Source: Octopus sinensis
Taxonomy: Eukaryota
Direction: 5' to 3'
NCBI RefSeq assembly: GCF_006345805.1
Contig: NC_042998.1
Span: 176,700,001 to 176,764,000, forward strand
DNA length: 64,000 bases
The stretch's first letter is position 1. Each line of letters opens with the position of its first letter. A program made the position numbers and the translations under genes. The notes under the pieces were generated by a model. The model did not search any database. It worked only from the letters and a program-made list of their open reading frames with translations, and was not told the DNA's origin. Shown piece after piece: positions 1 to 12,854 of this stretch.

Positions 1-393
1 CAACCAACACACACACACACAAAATCAACAACACAATCAACAGATACATACAGAAAGGTGTGAGGGTAACAGCAGCAAACAGTTGTACCACAAGATGAAA
101 TTCTGCACTAACTATAAACTGAATGGTGATTGGTCAAGAGCTCTTTTTTTCTTTTCTTTTTTTTTTGTTATCAGTTATGAGATGGACAATGGTAGGAAAA
201 AATGCTGCAGTATGGGCAATGAAGTAAACTGAACCTCAATTCTGAAGTAGTAATAATAATAATAATAATAACAAGAGAAATATTTAAAATGATAATCTTA
301 ATATACTCATACACAAACATTGGCAGAGATACACACAAGCACACAGTCATTGAGCTGTCATCTTGCAATAATTATAACTGTCATAATTATTAA

Positions 394-427
<34 letters not shown>

Positions 428-3400
428 TGTAGTTATAGTAGCTGTAACAGTAGTTATAATAATATGATGACGATCTAAAATCTTATTGATGCTGCTGGAG
501 AAAGGGAAGGATATAGTGATTAATGATGACGATGATGGTGGTGGAAATAACAATAATAATAATATCAATAAGAGTAATGATAATAATGATAATAATAGTG
601 ATGTAAAGAAAATAGTAGATATCCATCAACTAAAACAATGCGAACAAATACAAATCCGAACGGTTTTGACCAAAGACACTCTGCCAAAAAAACGTTCCAG
701 TTTGAAATACTTGTACACCTTGTTTTTAGTTTTAAAAAAATAAAACAAAACATAAATTTCTTGTAGGCACATGTGCAAAATTTAACTTGGGTTTCTGTTC
801 TGCCTTATGCTTTTTTGGTCACTAGATCAATTTTTAGTGCTATTGGTGAATGACTTTCTTTTTTTTAATTAACTTTTGGAATTCATTTTTAAAGTTGTTC
901 CTTTTTCTTAGAAAAAAAAAAACAAACAAACAAACAAACAAAAAAGGTTAATAAATAAAAGGCAGGTGATGGGGGGAAAGGGAAGGGAATATTGCATGAG
1001 AAGTTAAATTTTAAGAATTTTCACTTTTAGCAGAAACGATTCAATTTGCTCTCTTTAAGACTTCTTTTCCTTGTCTCTTCTTTTTGAAGCTCATTTTTTT
1101 CTTTGTCATTGTTTTTCGGTTTGTATGTTAATTAATTTTGAAGTATCTGCTGCATTTTGCCAAGTTGCTTGACAAACATGCTAGTATCTCATTTAAATCC
1201 AAACTGTGATAATAAAATTGAAGGTGTTTTGAGAGGGCTTTGGGTTCAGGTTTGAGCAAGGGAGGGAAGAAGGATTCGAAGTCAGCTCTTTAAAAACAAT
1301 TTAGTGACAATGGTCAGTAAGTAACATCTATATAAAGATATTTTTTTTATCAATACCCACAATATACAATGTAGCTTACTTAATAATTATATGGACAAAC
1401 ATGGAAAATAAAATAAAACTCAAAAAGGTTTTAAAACTTGAAAAATATTTAACACTTATAAAAGAAACACTTAAAATTTTTATAGAAAAATTCAAATTTA
1501 ATAACACAAGATCCAACTGAATATCATTCCCCAGCCATCTAACAGTGTTGGTAATTTTTGGTGGGTTAGATATAGAGCAGGGGGGGAATAGGGGATAGAT
1601 GTATTAAAAGAGGAATGTCATAATCCTGGCAGTGATTAAAGGGTACAGTTTTTTTTTTTTTTTTTTAGAATTCATATTCTTCGGAGAAGCATTCAGTATT
1701 TATACCATCAATTGTGCGTATCACATACCATAGAATTATCTTTAGTCATGTTTCTGAAGGTTACTCGTTGTTGAGGGCAAGAGGGAATTTTTTTCTCTGA
1801 AACAGCTGATTATGTTTTCTTGGTCATTTATTTCACCTTACAGAATACTAAAACGTAATATAACAAAACAAGCAACAAGAAATTACTTTAGTTAGCTTTT
1901 GTTTCTTTCTGATTTTGTTTGTATTATTTTTTTCATGACAGAACAGTTTAATTTTTTTTTTATTTTTATTTAACTGGTTTATAATTATTGTCTGATTAAA
2001 ATTTTTATGCTTGACTGACCTTTGAGACACCACAAGGTTTACAGCTTTTTTTTTTTCTTTCTTTCTTTCTCAATTTAATGTCCTCACATTAAATTCTTAT
2101 GTGTCCTAAAGCTGGGTTAAAATGAAGTATTTACCAGATCTATTATTGTGGATTTGCTAGATCCACTTCAGCTATTTACTTTTGAGGATCCAGCTCGATG
2201 ACAAAAGGCATTCTTATTATCTGCCTCTAACAAGTCTGCAACAGTCTGGCACCACAATCACAACTGATACAGCAGTTAGAATTCAGAAACCTGACAAGTT
2301 ATGATTGCAAACATTTACTACAAGTTTCAGAATGAGACCATCCAAGTGCTTCTGAGGCAGTTTGAAGCAGTTAATTTCTACATTAAGAAGACATCAGACC
2401 AACCAAATTTATTCATTCCAGAAACAATGTTGAATCAATAGTATCTATACACAAACACACACACACTTTTGTATTCTTGAATATGAGAATGTCATCAGTA
2501 GAAGAGACAATCAATCTGAGACTTGTATTCCATAGAAAGAATACAGCAACCTCCCTACTTGAGATAGTTCAAGTGAATACAACAAACTTAAAACTAGATA
2601 ACTGATGCGGATATTTATAATCTATATAAATATATTATATAAATACACACACACACACGCTTATATACATTATCCTAACATAACACTCTTTGCTCATGTT
2701 TTCCCCTGTTATTAACTTTCAAAATAAAAATCTTATACACAGTAATAGAACTAAGGCTATGCCTAAGCCACCATTATATCCTAACCAAATTATACTTTAG
2801 TTTAAGTATTTTAAAAGTTTTCCATTCAAGATGAGGTGATAGAGCAGATATAATCTTGCTAACTTTTAGATTTTTTTTTCTTTTTAAGGAAGAAGTGTAT
2901 TGTATTTGTTTGCCTTTTTTTTTTATTTGCGTTTATTTTTTTTTTTGTAATTGTTTTACGTTAAGACAAGGATTTCATGGCAAAATAACAGTGACAATAA
3001 TAGCATTATTAATAGTACTAATTAATTAATAATTAATACTATTCATAATAATCAGGATCATAAACATGATAATGAAAAATGAATGTGGCAACTATGATAA
3101 TAATAATCATGATGATGATGATGACGATGATGATGTCGACAATGATGGTGATGATGACAATGACATTATGAAGGACGAAAAAAAATAAATAAAAGGACAA
3201 AAAAAAACGAAGAAAATGTGGAAGAAAACAAGAAAAAAGATATAGAGTAAAGAAAATATATAAAAAGGAAAAACAAAAAAGTAACGTAAAAAAGAACAGA
3301 ATATTTCCAATAGCAACCAATGCCAGTGGAATATATTGCAACAGTATGTGCAAAAAGATACACAACAAAAGGCTTTTTAAAAAACAAAAAAAAGTTTCAT

Positions 3401-3448
3401 AGAAAATTTCATAACAACCAAGAGATAAAAATTCCAAAGATAAATCAT

Positions 3449-3505
<57 letters not shown>

Positions 3506-3696
3506 CATATATATACATATATATATGTGTGTATGTGTATGTATATATATATATATATGCATATATATGTGTATGTGTGTGTGTGTGTGTATGTGTGTGT
3601 GTATATATATATATATAGAGTTGCACAACTGTGGCTCAACTTTCACCAAATGTTACATTGTTTTTTGTTAAGAAACAATAGTTTTTGGTTTATTAA

Positions 3697-3741
<45 letters not shown>

Positions 3742-4829
3742 TTAATAATGATAATGATGGAAATAAACCTTTAATGGCAAAAAAAAAACACATTCACAAC
3801 ACCTTTGGCTAAATTTCATCAGACCCTACCCCCCCAATAAAAAAAATACACAAAAAAAATATATATAACACCTGGAAAAATTATCATATATAATTACCAG
3901 GAATGTAGCAAAGAAAGATTTTAGGGGTTTTATTATTATTATTATTTTTTTTTTTGCTGTTGTTCCTAAAATTTAGCAAATAAAAACAGTTTATCACATA
4001 CATAGCCAACTAATGTTTCAAAAACCTCTTACGCTGACTGCATGTTCTCAAAAGCTTGTAGTTATTATTAAAAATGTTTTTTTTTATGTTTTGTTTTTTT
4101 TTATTATTCATTTTTCTTCATTCCAACTCCTCTGTCTTCAAATGTTTCAAGAAACTAAGCAATGATGTGTGACAAACCTGTCGTTTGACATATTTTTTTT
4201 TCCCAATGATCAGCAGATCATAACAATCATTATTATTATTATTAAAATTATGCTTGCTTCTTGCTTACCAAAAAAAAAAAAAAAAAAAAAAACGAAAAAA
4301 AAATTTTCCATGTGTTATTCAGTTCTTTCAATTTTTTTTGAGCACCGTTTAGTTGATATTCTGGTTCACCATGTGACCAATTACATTAAATACAAAATGT
4401 TGACTTTTCTTCAATTTTTTTTCTTAAATAATAAAACAATTGTTTTTGTTTTGTTTTGGTGTTTTTTTAAGTTTTTTTAAAGTTTTTTTTTTCCATTTTT
4501 TCTTAACTCCCTTTTCATCATTCTTTCATCATTTAAAGAACGCAATTGTTAAATATGTTGTCTGTCCAACAGCATGCTTCAGCAGTAGGGGTGGGGTTGT
4601 AAATTATGGCAGAAAAGGTGATTATTTCATCCTCGGCTGAGAGATTTCAAAGAGAAAGAGGGGAAAGAAGAAAAAAAAAAAAACAGGGGGAGTGGGAGCG
4701 GGGCAAAAGGCAAGAGGAAAGAGGGGAAGAGAGAGATAGAAAGAGAGACAGATAGACATAGAAGGAAAAGACAAGGAAAAGAAAAACAGCAGAAGGGTGG
4801 AGAGCAAAAATGGTGATTAAAATCAATGC
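1..4829 (-). other. Probable long U-rich 3' UTR / downstream region of the brat-like gene; 3' end undetermined
   Basis: Follows the stop codon; the minus strand is U/CU-rich; no recognisable TE, in contrast to the introns; many AATAAA candidates. Confidence 0.45.
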
Positions 4830-6363
4830 TCACATTCCAAGGGCTGGAATATGGTGAGGAGCATACCTGTAAATGTAGACTCGGTAATCTTTGCTGGCCA
4901 ACACCACAGAACCATCGTCCATAAGAGCCACATCAAAACACTGTGCATGTTTCACTTTGCTCTCCAAGGCATTAACTAACTGACCGTCCTGGGTGAAAAT
5001 GGTTAGATTAAAATTATTGTGATTATCAGCAATAAGAACCTCACCAGCAGAGTTGATACCAACTCCGATAGGATAGTTAGTGACACCTTCGCCACCGATC
5101 TGACGAAGAAACAACCCCTGGTAATTAAACACTTTGACACAGTGAGCACGATTGTCACTAATAAAAATTTCTTCTTTGTCATTGACAACAACACCGTTCG
5201 GAAATTCCAGGTGCTGGGAGCAGCCAAACTTGTACAAGACATTTCCCATTTGGTCAAAAATAATAACACGCATTACTTTACATTCCACAATGACAATACG
5301 CCCTTTATTATCCACTGTAACTCCACGGGGATGTTGTAAAATGTTAGCGCCAAATTTACGGACAAATTGGCCATATTGGTTATAAATCTGTATTTGATGT
5401 GTAGGACTGCGTTCTGTAACAATTATGTCTCCAGATGATCTGACCACAGCAACTCGATTCGGATAGAGCAACTGGCCATCTCGTTTGCCACACTCCCCAA
5501 ACTGGAATTTAAAACGACCGTCTTTATCAAAAATCTGAATCCGATGATTATTTGTATCAGCAACAATAACATCATTCTGAGCATTAACTGCCACACCGCT
5601 AGGTTCGGTGAACTGTCCATCAAGAGTCCCAAACTCACCAAACTTACAATGATAAATCATCTTTTGTCGTTTAATCTGTTGTTTGGAATTATGCAGACCT
5701 GTATTGATTAATTTGGAAGTCAGATCTAAGAGTGGGTCGGAATTTGTTGGGAATATATCCATACCATTCGTAAAGATGTCTAACCCACTGGACCATTTCT
5801 CATAAATATTGTTGTCAGTTCCTCCACCAAACTGAAAATTATTAGTGGAAGAGAACTGACGTGGAGAAGTTTCAAAGAGCTGGCCGTTGTTTAGAGTATT
5901 TCCAACAACTATGCCATTAGCAGGACGAGCAATTGGCTGTGGTTTCTGAGTGGTTTGTGGTTGGAACTCACTGTTTTGTCGAACATAACCAAATGTATTT
6001 TGAATGCCAACTTGAATAGCTGAAAAATTGGAGATGAACTCCATATCGTAGTAATTTTGATTGTTGATATCTGGCTGAAAATTAAAGACATTTTGAAAAC
6101 GCTGCTCAATGAAAGATTTAAAAAGTAGAATTTCTGAAGAACTGGCATGTTTCAATAGTTTGTCAATAAAATCGCAACCTTGGTAAATACGCTCAATATT
6201 TTCTTGAATCTTCTGTGCTAGTGTACTAATAGCAATCTGTTTACCATTAAATACTTGATCCAACTCTCTTTGAACTTCTTGCTTGCGTTCTTCAATCACA
6301 GCACGGAAGAAGTTATACGTTTCAGTAATATCCTCTTGCGCTTTCTGATACTGGATTTGCAAT
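4830..6363 (-). CDS. brat: Brat-like TRIM-NHL protein, last coding exon: coiled coil, linker, six-bladed NHL propeller, stop
   Basis: Acceptor ttttctgttgccttcag|A at 6364|6363 completes the Arg codon (AG+A) in frame. NHL region KRQKMIYHCKFGEFG...YPNRVAVVR.SGDIIVTERSPTHQIQIYNQYGQFVRKFGA.ILQHPRGVTVDNKGRI...KHAQCFDVALMDDGSVVLASKDYR is near-identical to Drosophila Brat as recalled. TGA at 4832-4830. 740+1534 nt = 757 aa + stop. Confidence 0.95.
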
Positions 6364-6446
6364 CTGAAGGCAACAGAAAAATGTTTAAGAACAATGACAT
6401 AAACCAAAATAAACAAATGATGTGGAGAATTAAGGCATTATGTGTG

Positions 6447-6497
<51 letters not shown>

Positions 6498-6544
6498 ATG
6501 TATAATTATATAACGCTGCACCTCTTGCTGAAGAGGATTGGCTT

Positions 6545-6757
6545 ACAAGAGCCTTGTACCAGTTCCATGTAAAAGCACCCATGCTGGCGCCATGTTTAAA
6601 AGTACCAGGCACACTTTGTAAAAGTGATTGGTATTAGGAAGGGCAACTGGTCATAGTAACCAAGCCAAATCAGACTGAAACCTGGTGCAGCTCTCCAGGC
6701 TTGCCTGCTCTGGTCAAACTGTCCAATCAGAGCCAGCATGGAAAATGGACGTGAAAG

Positions 6758-6789
<32 letters not shown>

Positions 6790-6790
6790 C
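6545..6790 (+). mobile_element. RTE-LINE 3'-UTR-type repeat ('family C') with (GAT)n tail
   Basis: AAAAGCACC...TTAGGAAGGGCA...GCATGGAAAATGGACG..GATGATGAT; many related copies in the window. Confidence 0.75.
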
Positions 6791-7489
6791 AGACACACAC
6801 ATAATGACATTACAAACCTTGCTTTGGAAATAATAATTTCTAGTCTGGAATCAGGTACATATACACCAAGCAACAAGACAACTGATGCTAAGTAAGATCA
6901 ATGAAAATCTAGTGTAACGATAAATACTGTAAGTATATATATATTCTTAAGATGGTGTTAATAGCCCTTGAAATTATGATTTCACTAAAGCCGTTATATA
7001 ATTTGTTTCCTTAAGCAGGAGACATTTGACGGCTTTTAATCTGTCTGGCTAAGAACTTTGTCACACTTATATCTTCGCAGTTGAGAGATTTAAAGGAAGG
7101 AAAAGTATTGTTAAAATGTGCCAATTTGCATAAACTAATTCCACCAAGACAGAAACCTTGATGAAAATTTCGAAAATAGGTGAAAAACAATTATTGAGTT
7201 TTCACATTAGGTAAATAATGATTGCACAGTACAGTTGATTTAACCCTATAAACAGTGTTTACTTGGTATATCTTTTACAGCCACTCCACCAGGAAAATGA
7301 AAAGCAAAGTTGATTTTTCAGGAATTTCAATTAGGAGATGAAATTAATTCCTGCAAGATGATCACAGTGATATGTAGTAGTGGCAGTGGTGGTAGTAATG
7401 ATGATGAATCTACAACTCTCAGAAAATGGACAAACAACTGCTGCTGCTGCCGCTGCCACAACCACCATCATCATCAGTATCAGGATTGC

Positions 7490-8890
7490 AAAACTTCAAG
7501 GTTACCAGAATGTCGGTGCAATGAAAGTAATGAGCTCTACAAATATTTCAGGTTTACTAGAGTGGAAAACAAGTAAATGTGCACTGTTTTCAAATGATAA
7601 AATGGAAGTTAGACTCAACCAGAATTCTCATGGGACACAGGTACAAATTTTCTGGATGAGTAACATGACTGGACTGAGTGGAGTTGGCATATTGTAGCTA
7701 GAGAATGGATGAAGTGAGAGAGCATATCTCATCATCATCATCATCTTCATTTAAAGTCTGCCTTCTATGCTGATATGAATTGGATGGTTTGACAGGAGTT
7801 GATCAGGCAGGAGCCTGCACCAAGCTTCTGTGTCTGTTTTTGCAGGGATTTTACAGCTGGATGCCCTTCTAAACGCCAACCACTTTACAGTGTAGACTGG
7901 ATGCTTATTATGTGACATCAGAATAATTAAGTACAGAGTAACCATTTCTGCATATGTATCACAAGTACAATTGACAGATGAGTGAAAGAACCATTTCTAA
8001 GGTGTGTTCCCTTACTGACTTTTTCCATAACAAATCACAGCAACTGCGTTGTCAATAGCTGGTGACTTTACACTGACATGCAGGGTAACACTATAATGGA
8101 TACTCTGGCATATGTTGAGTTCTGTGTCGGTGCAAATCAAAATGTTGTTTGAGAAAAGTGTGAAGTGACAGTGGTGCACTTAACTCTCAATAATGCTGAG
8201 AAGCATGGAAAATATTACAACTAGACATTATTGTGTGAAGGGAATAAATAGCAGAAAGAGAGACTACACAAGAGAGACACTAGCTACTGATACAAGATTG
8301 AAGATGTAATTAAGGATACAAATGGCAAGAGAAGTAGCTGGAGTATCAGGAATAGCAGCCAGGTGATAGAAAATGTCTCAATTAGGACAATTACAAGTCA
8401 TATAGTTAAACTAATCAAGCAGAGAGGGAGATTTATTCAATGAATGGTGTAGTTGAATCAAGGTCAACAGCTACATGAGGCGAAGAAAGCGCTCTAGAAA
8501 GAAGCAACTCGAGGCACCTCAAACTGATTGACAAGGGTATGAAAGTAACTTAGTCATAGCATAGCTGATTAGTAAAACGAATTAATTTAGATGAGATGCA
8601 ACTTGGGGGCTGCCATTGAAGCATTCTTCCTACTGAGACAACTACAGAAGTTCTTAGTGAAGATATAAACTCATCTACCTTGTCAATTTAGAGAAAGCTT
8701 TTAACAGAGTATCATGTTATGTAAAGATGAAAACCATGTACAGAGCGGTTATGAACAAAATGTGAGTTACTAATGAGATCAATGAGGAGGTTAGTCAAAA
8801 AGATAGGAGTCCATTAAGATTCAATCCTCAGTTACTTCCTATTTATTAGAGCTCTCGAGGCCATAACAGAAGTTATGTTAACAACCTAGG
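7490..8890 (+). mobile_element. Degenerate RTE-clade LINE (endonuclease + RT remnants), interrupted by an inverted family C copy
   Basis: Frameshifted motifs FWMSN.TG.SGVGIL, IAGDF, INLDEMQ, LRQLQ, LEKAFNRV, GVH.DS.LS, LEAIT. Confidence 0.75.
7728..7925 (-). mobile_element. Family C repeat nested in the RTE remnant
   Basis: (CAT)n followed by ...ACAGCTGGATGCCCTTCTAAACGCCAACCAC... Confidence 0.75.
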
Positions 8891-11834
8891 TCTCACAGCA
8901 TTTTCTTTTTTGTTATTAAGATGGATGTAGTGCAAATTTTTGGTTAAAGTAACAAGGATTAAATTTATTCATCTCTGATCATTAAACATCCTTTCACGTT
9001 TCTAATTCTTCATTGCATCCTCCTACAGTTTTTCTACTAAAACTACAACAAACTTGAGTTCTATAGAAATTACTAACAGCAAACACACTACAACACTAGA
9101 AAACTAGTCCATCTCTTCTACTTCCCTCTCTGCTTTTTCATTAAATACCCTCTGTTCCTTCTCTCTGAAACTTCCATGAAACAGATATCATACCAAAAAT
9201 TATTCGTTTCCTACAATGCACTAAAGTTCAACTCAACTAATCTCAATTAGCTTCTACATCTATAAAATCCAAAAGGTGCCATAATGTCTATGAATAATGA
9301 GCTTTCTAATTGAAAACAATAATGAAAAGAGATGATTGCGAATTCTTGAAATGTGTTCTGTTGTTTCTTTAGACAAGACATAAACACTTGCTTTAATACC
9401 ATCATTTAAGAGGGAAAATAAGAACTTGTGCAAGTCAACAAGGAAGCTTCTATGCTGCCATGTCAAACTACTCCATTACTAAATTCTTGCCATTACCAAA
9501 AGCCTAAAATCTTAAACTACTCTTTCTGAAAACAAAAGTATGTTTTTAAAATGCTGCTGAAACATCTTATTTGATCAATTATCTCTCTGCCATAAAAGGC
9601 TAACCAATAACAACAATAACAATTTTCATTACAAGGATATCAAAAGCAAAAACATTTTAACATAAAGTAGAACATAAAATTATCTACATTATCTTGTAAT
9701 TAAAAACAGAAACTCATAAAATTTGCTTTTTGTTCTTAGTGCTTCAGTTAAGTTTTTCTCTTAAAACATAAATTTAAAAAACTATAAGTGTGATCTTACA
9801 ATCAGTTAAATTTACTTATTAGCCAACACTGTGATATTGTCTGAAGTGTGTCAATTCAATGGAAATTAACCAAAATAATATATATGACTTGCATTAAGTG
9901 CTTTTAAATGTAAAGAAATTTTTAAGTATCAAAAGTTGCATAAAAACAAGCGGATAATACATCAAACATGAAAGGAAATATACTTCAGATATTAGATAGT
10001 CCTAATATAGGATAAGGCCATTAGACCTTTAACACTTTTGTTACCAACTCAATCCCTCCTGTCTGTCATTATACTACACCAAACCTGCAGGAGACCACCC
10101 AGCATTTACCTATTCATATTTAAATCAAAATATTTATGTAAATACTACCCATACTGCATTAGCGATAACATGTGATTTCACTAGACAAACATTTGCTGTA
10201 CATCATCTGATATTTTTGTTTAGGAATTCTAGGCTTTCTTGGGGAATATTTGTTTTCCATGTAACAAAAAAAAGAAAAAGTTGCATTTTTTAAAAAATGT
10301 TCTGCTTTTTCTATAAATGTTAAGTTATATAACCACCAAAATTTAGTTTCAGCAACTTCAAAATTAAATTTTTAAATGCAAGTATGTAATATGGATGTTA
10401 AATGATGGAAGATGATGATGAAAAGTAAATAAAATAAAATTAAATATTAAAGCAAAACACATGGTTGACTTTGAACCATGGGACAGGTGTTTCAATTTCA
10501 AAATGTGTAAACAATGTCAGGTAAATGGTATTAAAAGTGATGATTTCCAGTACAAAATTTCCACAAGTATCCAGACCCACTCAGTCAGTCATCTCCATGA
10601 CTTAAAACCTATTGACTATTTACATTTGCTCGTTCCACTGAAGTCTTGCATATAATAATAGGTGGCACAAGTTGCTATGCAAAACGCAAACTAAAGAAAA
10701 AGAAACATATACTGAACACAGTGAGGCTATTTCTGCCATAAAGATAATTAAATAAAATAATCTAATTTGATATGTATTACATTGTCATTATCATAATCAT
10801 TAACGTCCGTTTTCTATGCTGGCATGGGTTAGTAATATAATATAGTATAATAATATAATATAATATAATAAAAACAAGCTAATTAATAATAAATAGCATT
10901 AAAACATAATTTACATAAGTTTCATATTTCAGATTTTACTTGTAACTTAGATGTAATTAAAACAGTTCTGAGACAAATTCTATTATGAATTAATGTAAGA
11001 ACCATTTGAAAAGCTACTCACAAACCCAGTCAATGAATTCACAATTGTTTTAGAATTTATATGAAGCATGTGTGTATATTATCATTAGAAATACAGCAAC
11101 AATAGGGCGCTTCTGAAGCTGTCACACATATAACCAAATGTGACACAAATAAGGAGCACAGACTGTGCTTTTTGATCACTACAACTCTACAGACAATACA
11201 GAAATGCATGCATGATGAATGTCCAGTTGGCCAATAAACTTATTTACTGTGTAAGTGGCTGAGTATTCCACAGACATATGTAGCCTTAACTACTCAGAGA
11301 CTACTAAGGCAGAATCAGCATGGCATAGTTTGTGACAAAGCTGGATTCTTCAATTCCAGGTATAGTCTACCTGACATATTTCTAGTTTCCATTTTCCCCA
11401 ATTTCCTCTACAAGACTTGGGGTTGATCTGAAGTTGTAGTAAAAGAAAACACCTGTGTAAGATGCTATGCAGTGGGATCAAATCTGAGATGATTAGGTCA
11501 CACTGCACAATACACAATGCAATATTAATAAACCCAATTCTATAGTTGCTACTACAACCAACACAACATCATAATTACCTCTATAATACTTTAGCCAATA
11601 AAGACCACATATCTATAGTCACTATCCTGCTATAGGTATAACAGCCCAATCAATAGCACTATTGCTCTGAAGTCAATTTGTCAGTTTCTTTAACTTTGTT
11701 TTTCAGTGCTAAAGTGGGTTTTGACAGAGATCTTATTCTGAGGCTTACCAGTTTTCGAGTAAGGAGTTTTATATTCCTCGTTTCTCCTGAAAGTACAGAA
11801 CAACCAGTCATAAGGTGAACATCCACATGCATAC

Positions 11835-12003
11835 ACACGACAGGCTTCCTACAGTTTCCATCGACTAAATTTCCACACAAGGCCTTTCTTGGCCTGGGGC
11901 TATAGTAGAAGACACTTATCCAAGGATCCAAGGTGCTGCACAATGGAACCAAACCCAAAATTAAATGGTTCACTAGTAAACTTCTGAACAACTTAGCTAT
12001 GCC
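11835..12003 (-). mobile_element. tRNA-derived SINE 'family A', 5' half
   Basis: CTATAGTAGAAGACACTT..CCAAGGTG matches the full-length copies at 13355 and 43483. Confidence 0.65.
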
Positions 12004-12087
12004 AGTATTGGCGTATGGTCGTGGTTGGCTCTACCACTACACCAATACAGAATATTTGCAGCCTAAGACAGCAATAAATTGACTTAC

Positions 12088-12827
12088 CTGCTGTTAATGT
12101 GTTCAATTCCTTTAGCAATTTGGCGTAAGTCTGATGCTTTGGCTTTGGCATCATCAGATAAACGGCGAAGAATATCTACTTGCTTGTCACTTACATCCAA
12201 AATAAAATGGCACTCGTGTCCTCGGCCGTGTTCAAATAATGTACATTCTTTACAAATTGGTGCCGAGCATGTTTTACAGAAGAATTTAATCACTTCGTGT
12301 CGGTGCCGTGGACAAGCCACTGGCTTTTCACTCTGAAGTTCTTCTTTTCCACCTTGTACTTCGGTAAATGTGAGAACCCGATGGCCCTCAAAACAATGCA
12401 TAAACTGGTGCGCCATCACGCAGTTAGCACATAAAAAGTTAGCACAGTCGTAGCACTTAGCAACTGCAGTAGTATCTTTACTCTTGCATCCAGTGCAGTG
12501 AAGACCGTTAGCATCGATAGCAGAGGTTTCTAGGATATTGCTTACTGCGTAATCTTGCATGAGACCTGAAACCCCAAGGGATCCAAGGTAAGTTTCATGG
12601 TTGCATTCAGGACAAATCACTCTCTCGGGATTATCTTGTTGTTTTTCAATGCATGGTTGACAAAATGTATGGAAGCAGTTTAGGACGCGGGGCATAGTAT
12701 ACGTCTCCTGGCAAATTGGACATTTTGTGCTGAGGCCTGGAGAACAAGATTCTAAGCTAATTTCACTGTCCGAAGATGTTGAGCCACTGGTACCTGTGTC
12801 ACTCTGGGACGGTGTAGGGGATGACAT
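12088..12827 (-). CDS. brat: Brat-like TRIM-NHL protein, first coding exon: Ser-rich N-terminus, C3HC4 RING, B-box1, B-box2, start of coiled coil
   Basis: ATG at 12827 (AAG ATG, A at -3). RING CPIC..CFHTFCQPC..CPEC; B-box1 CTGCKSKDTTAVAKCYDCANFLCANCVMAHQFMHCFEGH, very like Brat B-box1; B-box2 CPRHRHEVIKFFCKTCSAPICKECTLFEH. Ends at donor AG|GTAAGT (12088|12087), phase 2. Confidence 0.93.
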
Positions 12828-12854
12828 CTTGTTAAATATTTCGATATTCACAAT

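Larger units (their letters stand above)
6364..12087 (-). other. Phase-2 GT-AG intron of the brat-like gene (5724 nt)
   Basis: GTAAGT donor and pyrimidine tract + CAG acceptor join the two exons in frame (INS-R-LQIQYQKAQ). Confidence 0.92.

Noticed and set aside
171-4833. Short ORFs left of the gene (poly-I/N/F, YIYI)
   Set aside because: Translations of microsatellites and homopolymer runs, with no domain signal.
5276-5287. 12-nt identity to miR-1 in the NHL CDS
   Set aside because: Explained by codons for the conserved VECK peptide.
5003-6148. Overlapping alternative-frame and antisense ORFs within the NHL exon
   Set aside because: Shadows of the real CDS.
6364-6416. ORF-track start Met at 6416 and, similarly, at 12956
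   Set aside because: Both lie in intronic pyrimidine tracts upstream of clear acceptors.
8900-9480. Possible L2-like RT remnant
   Set aside because: Motifs too degraded to support.
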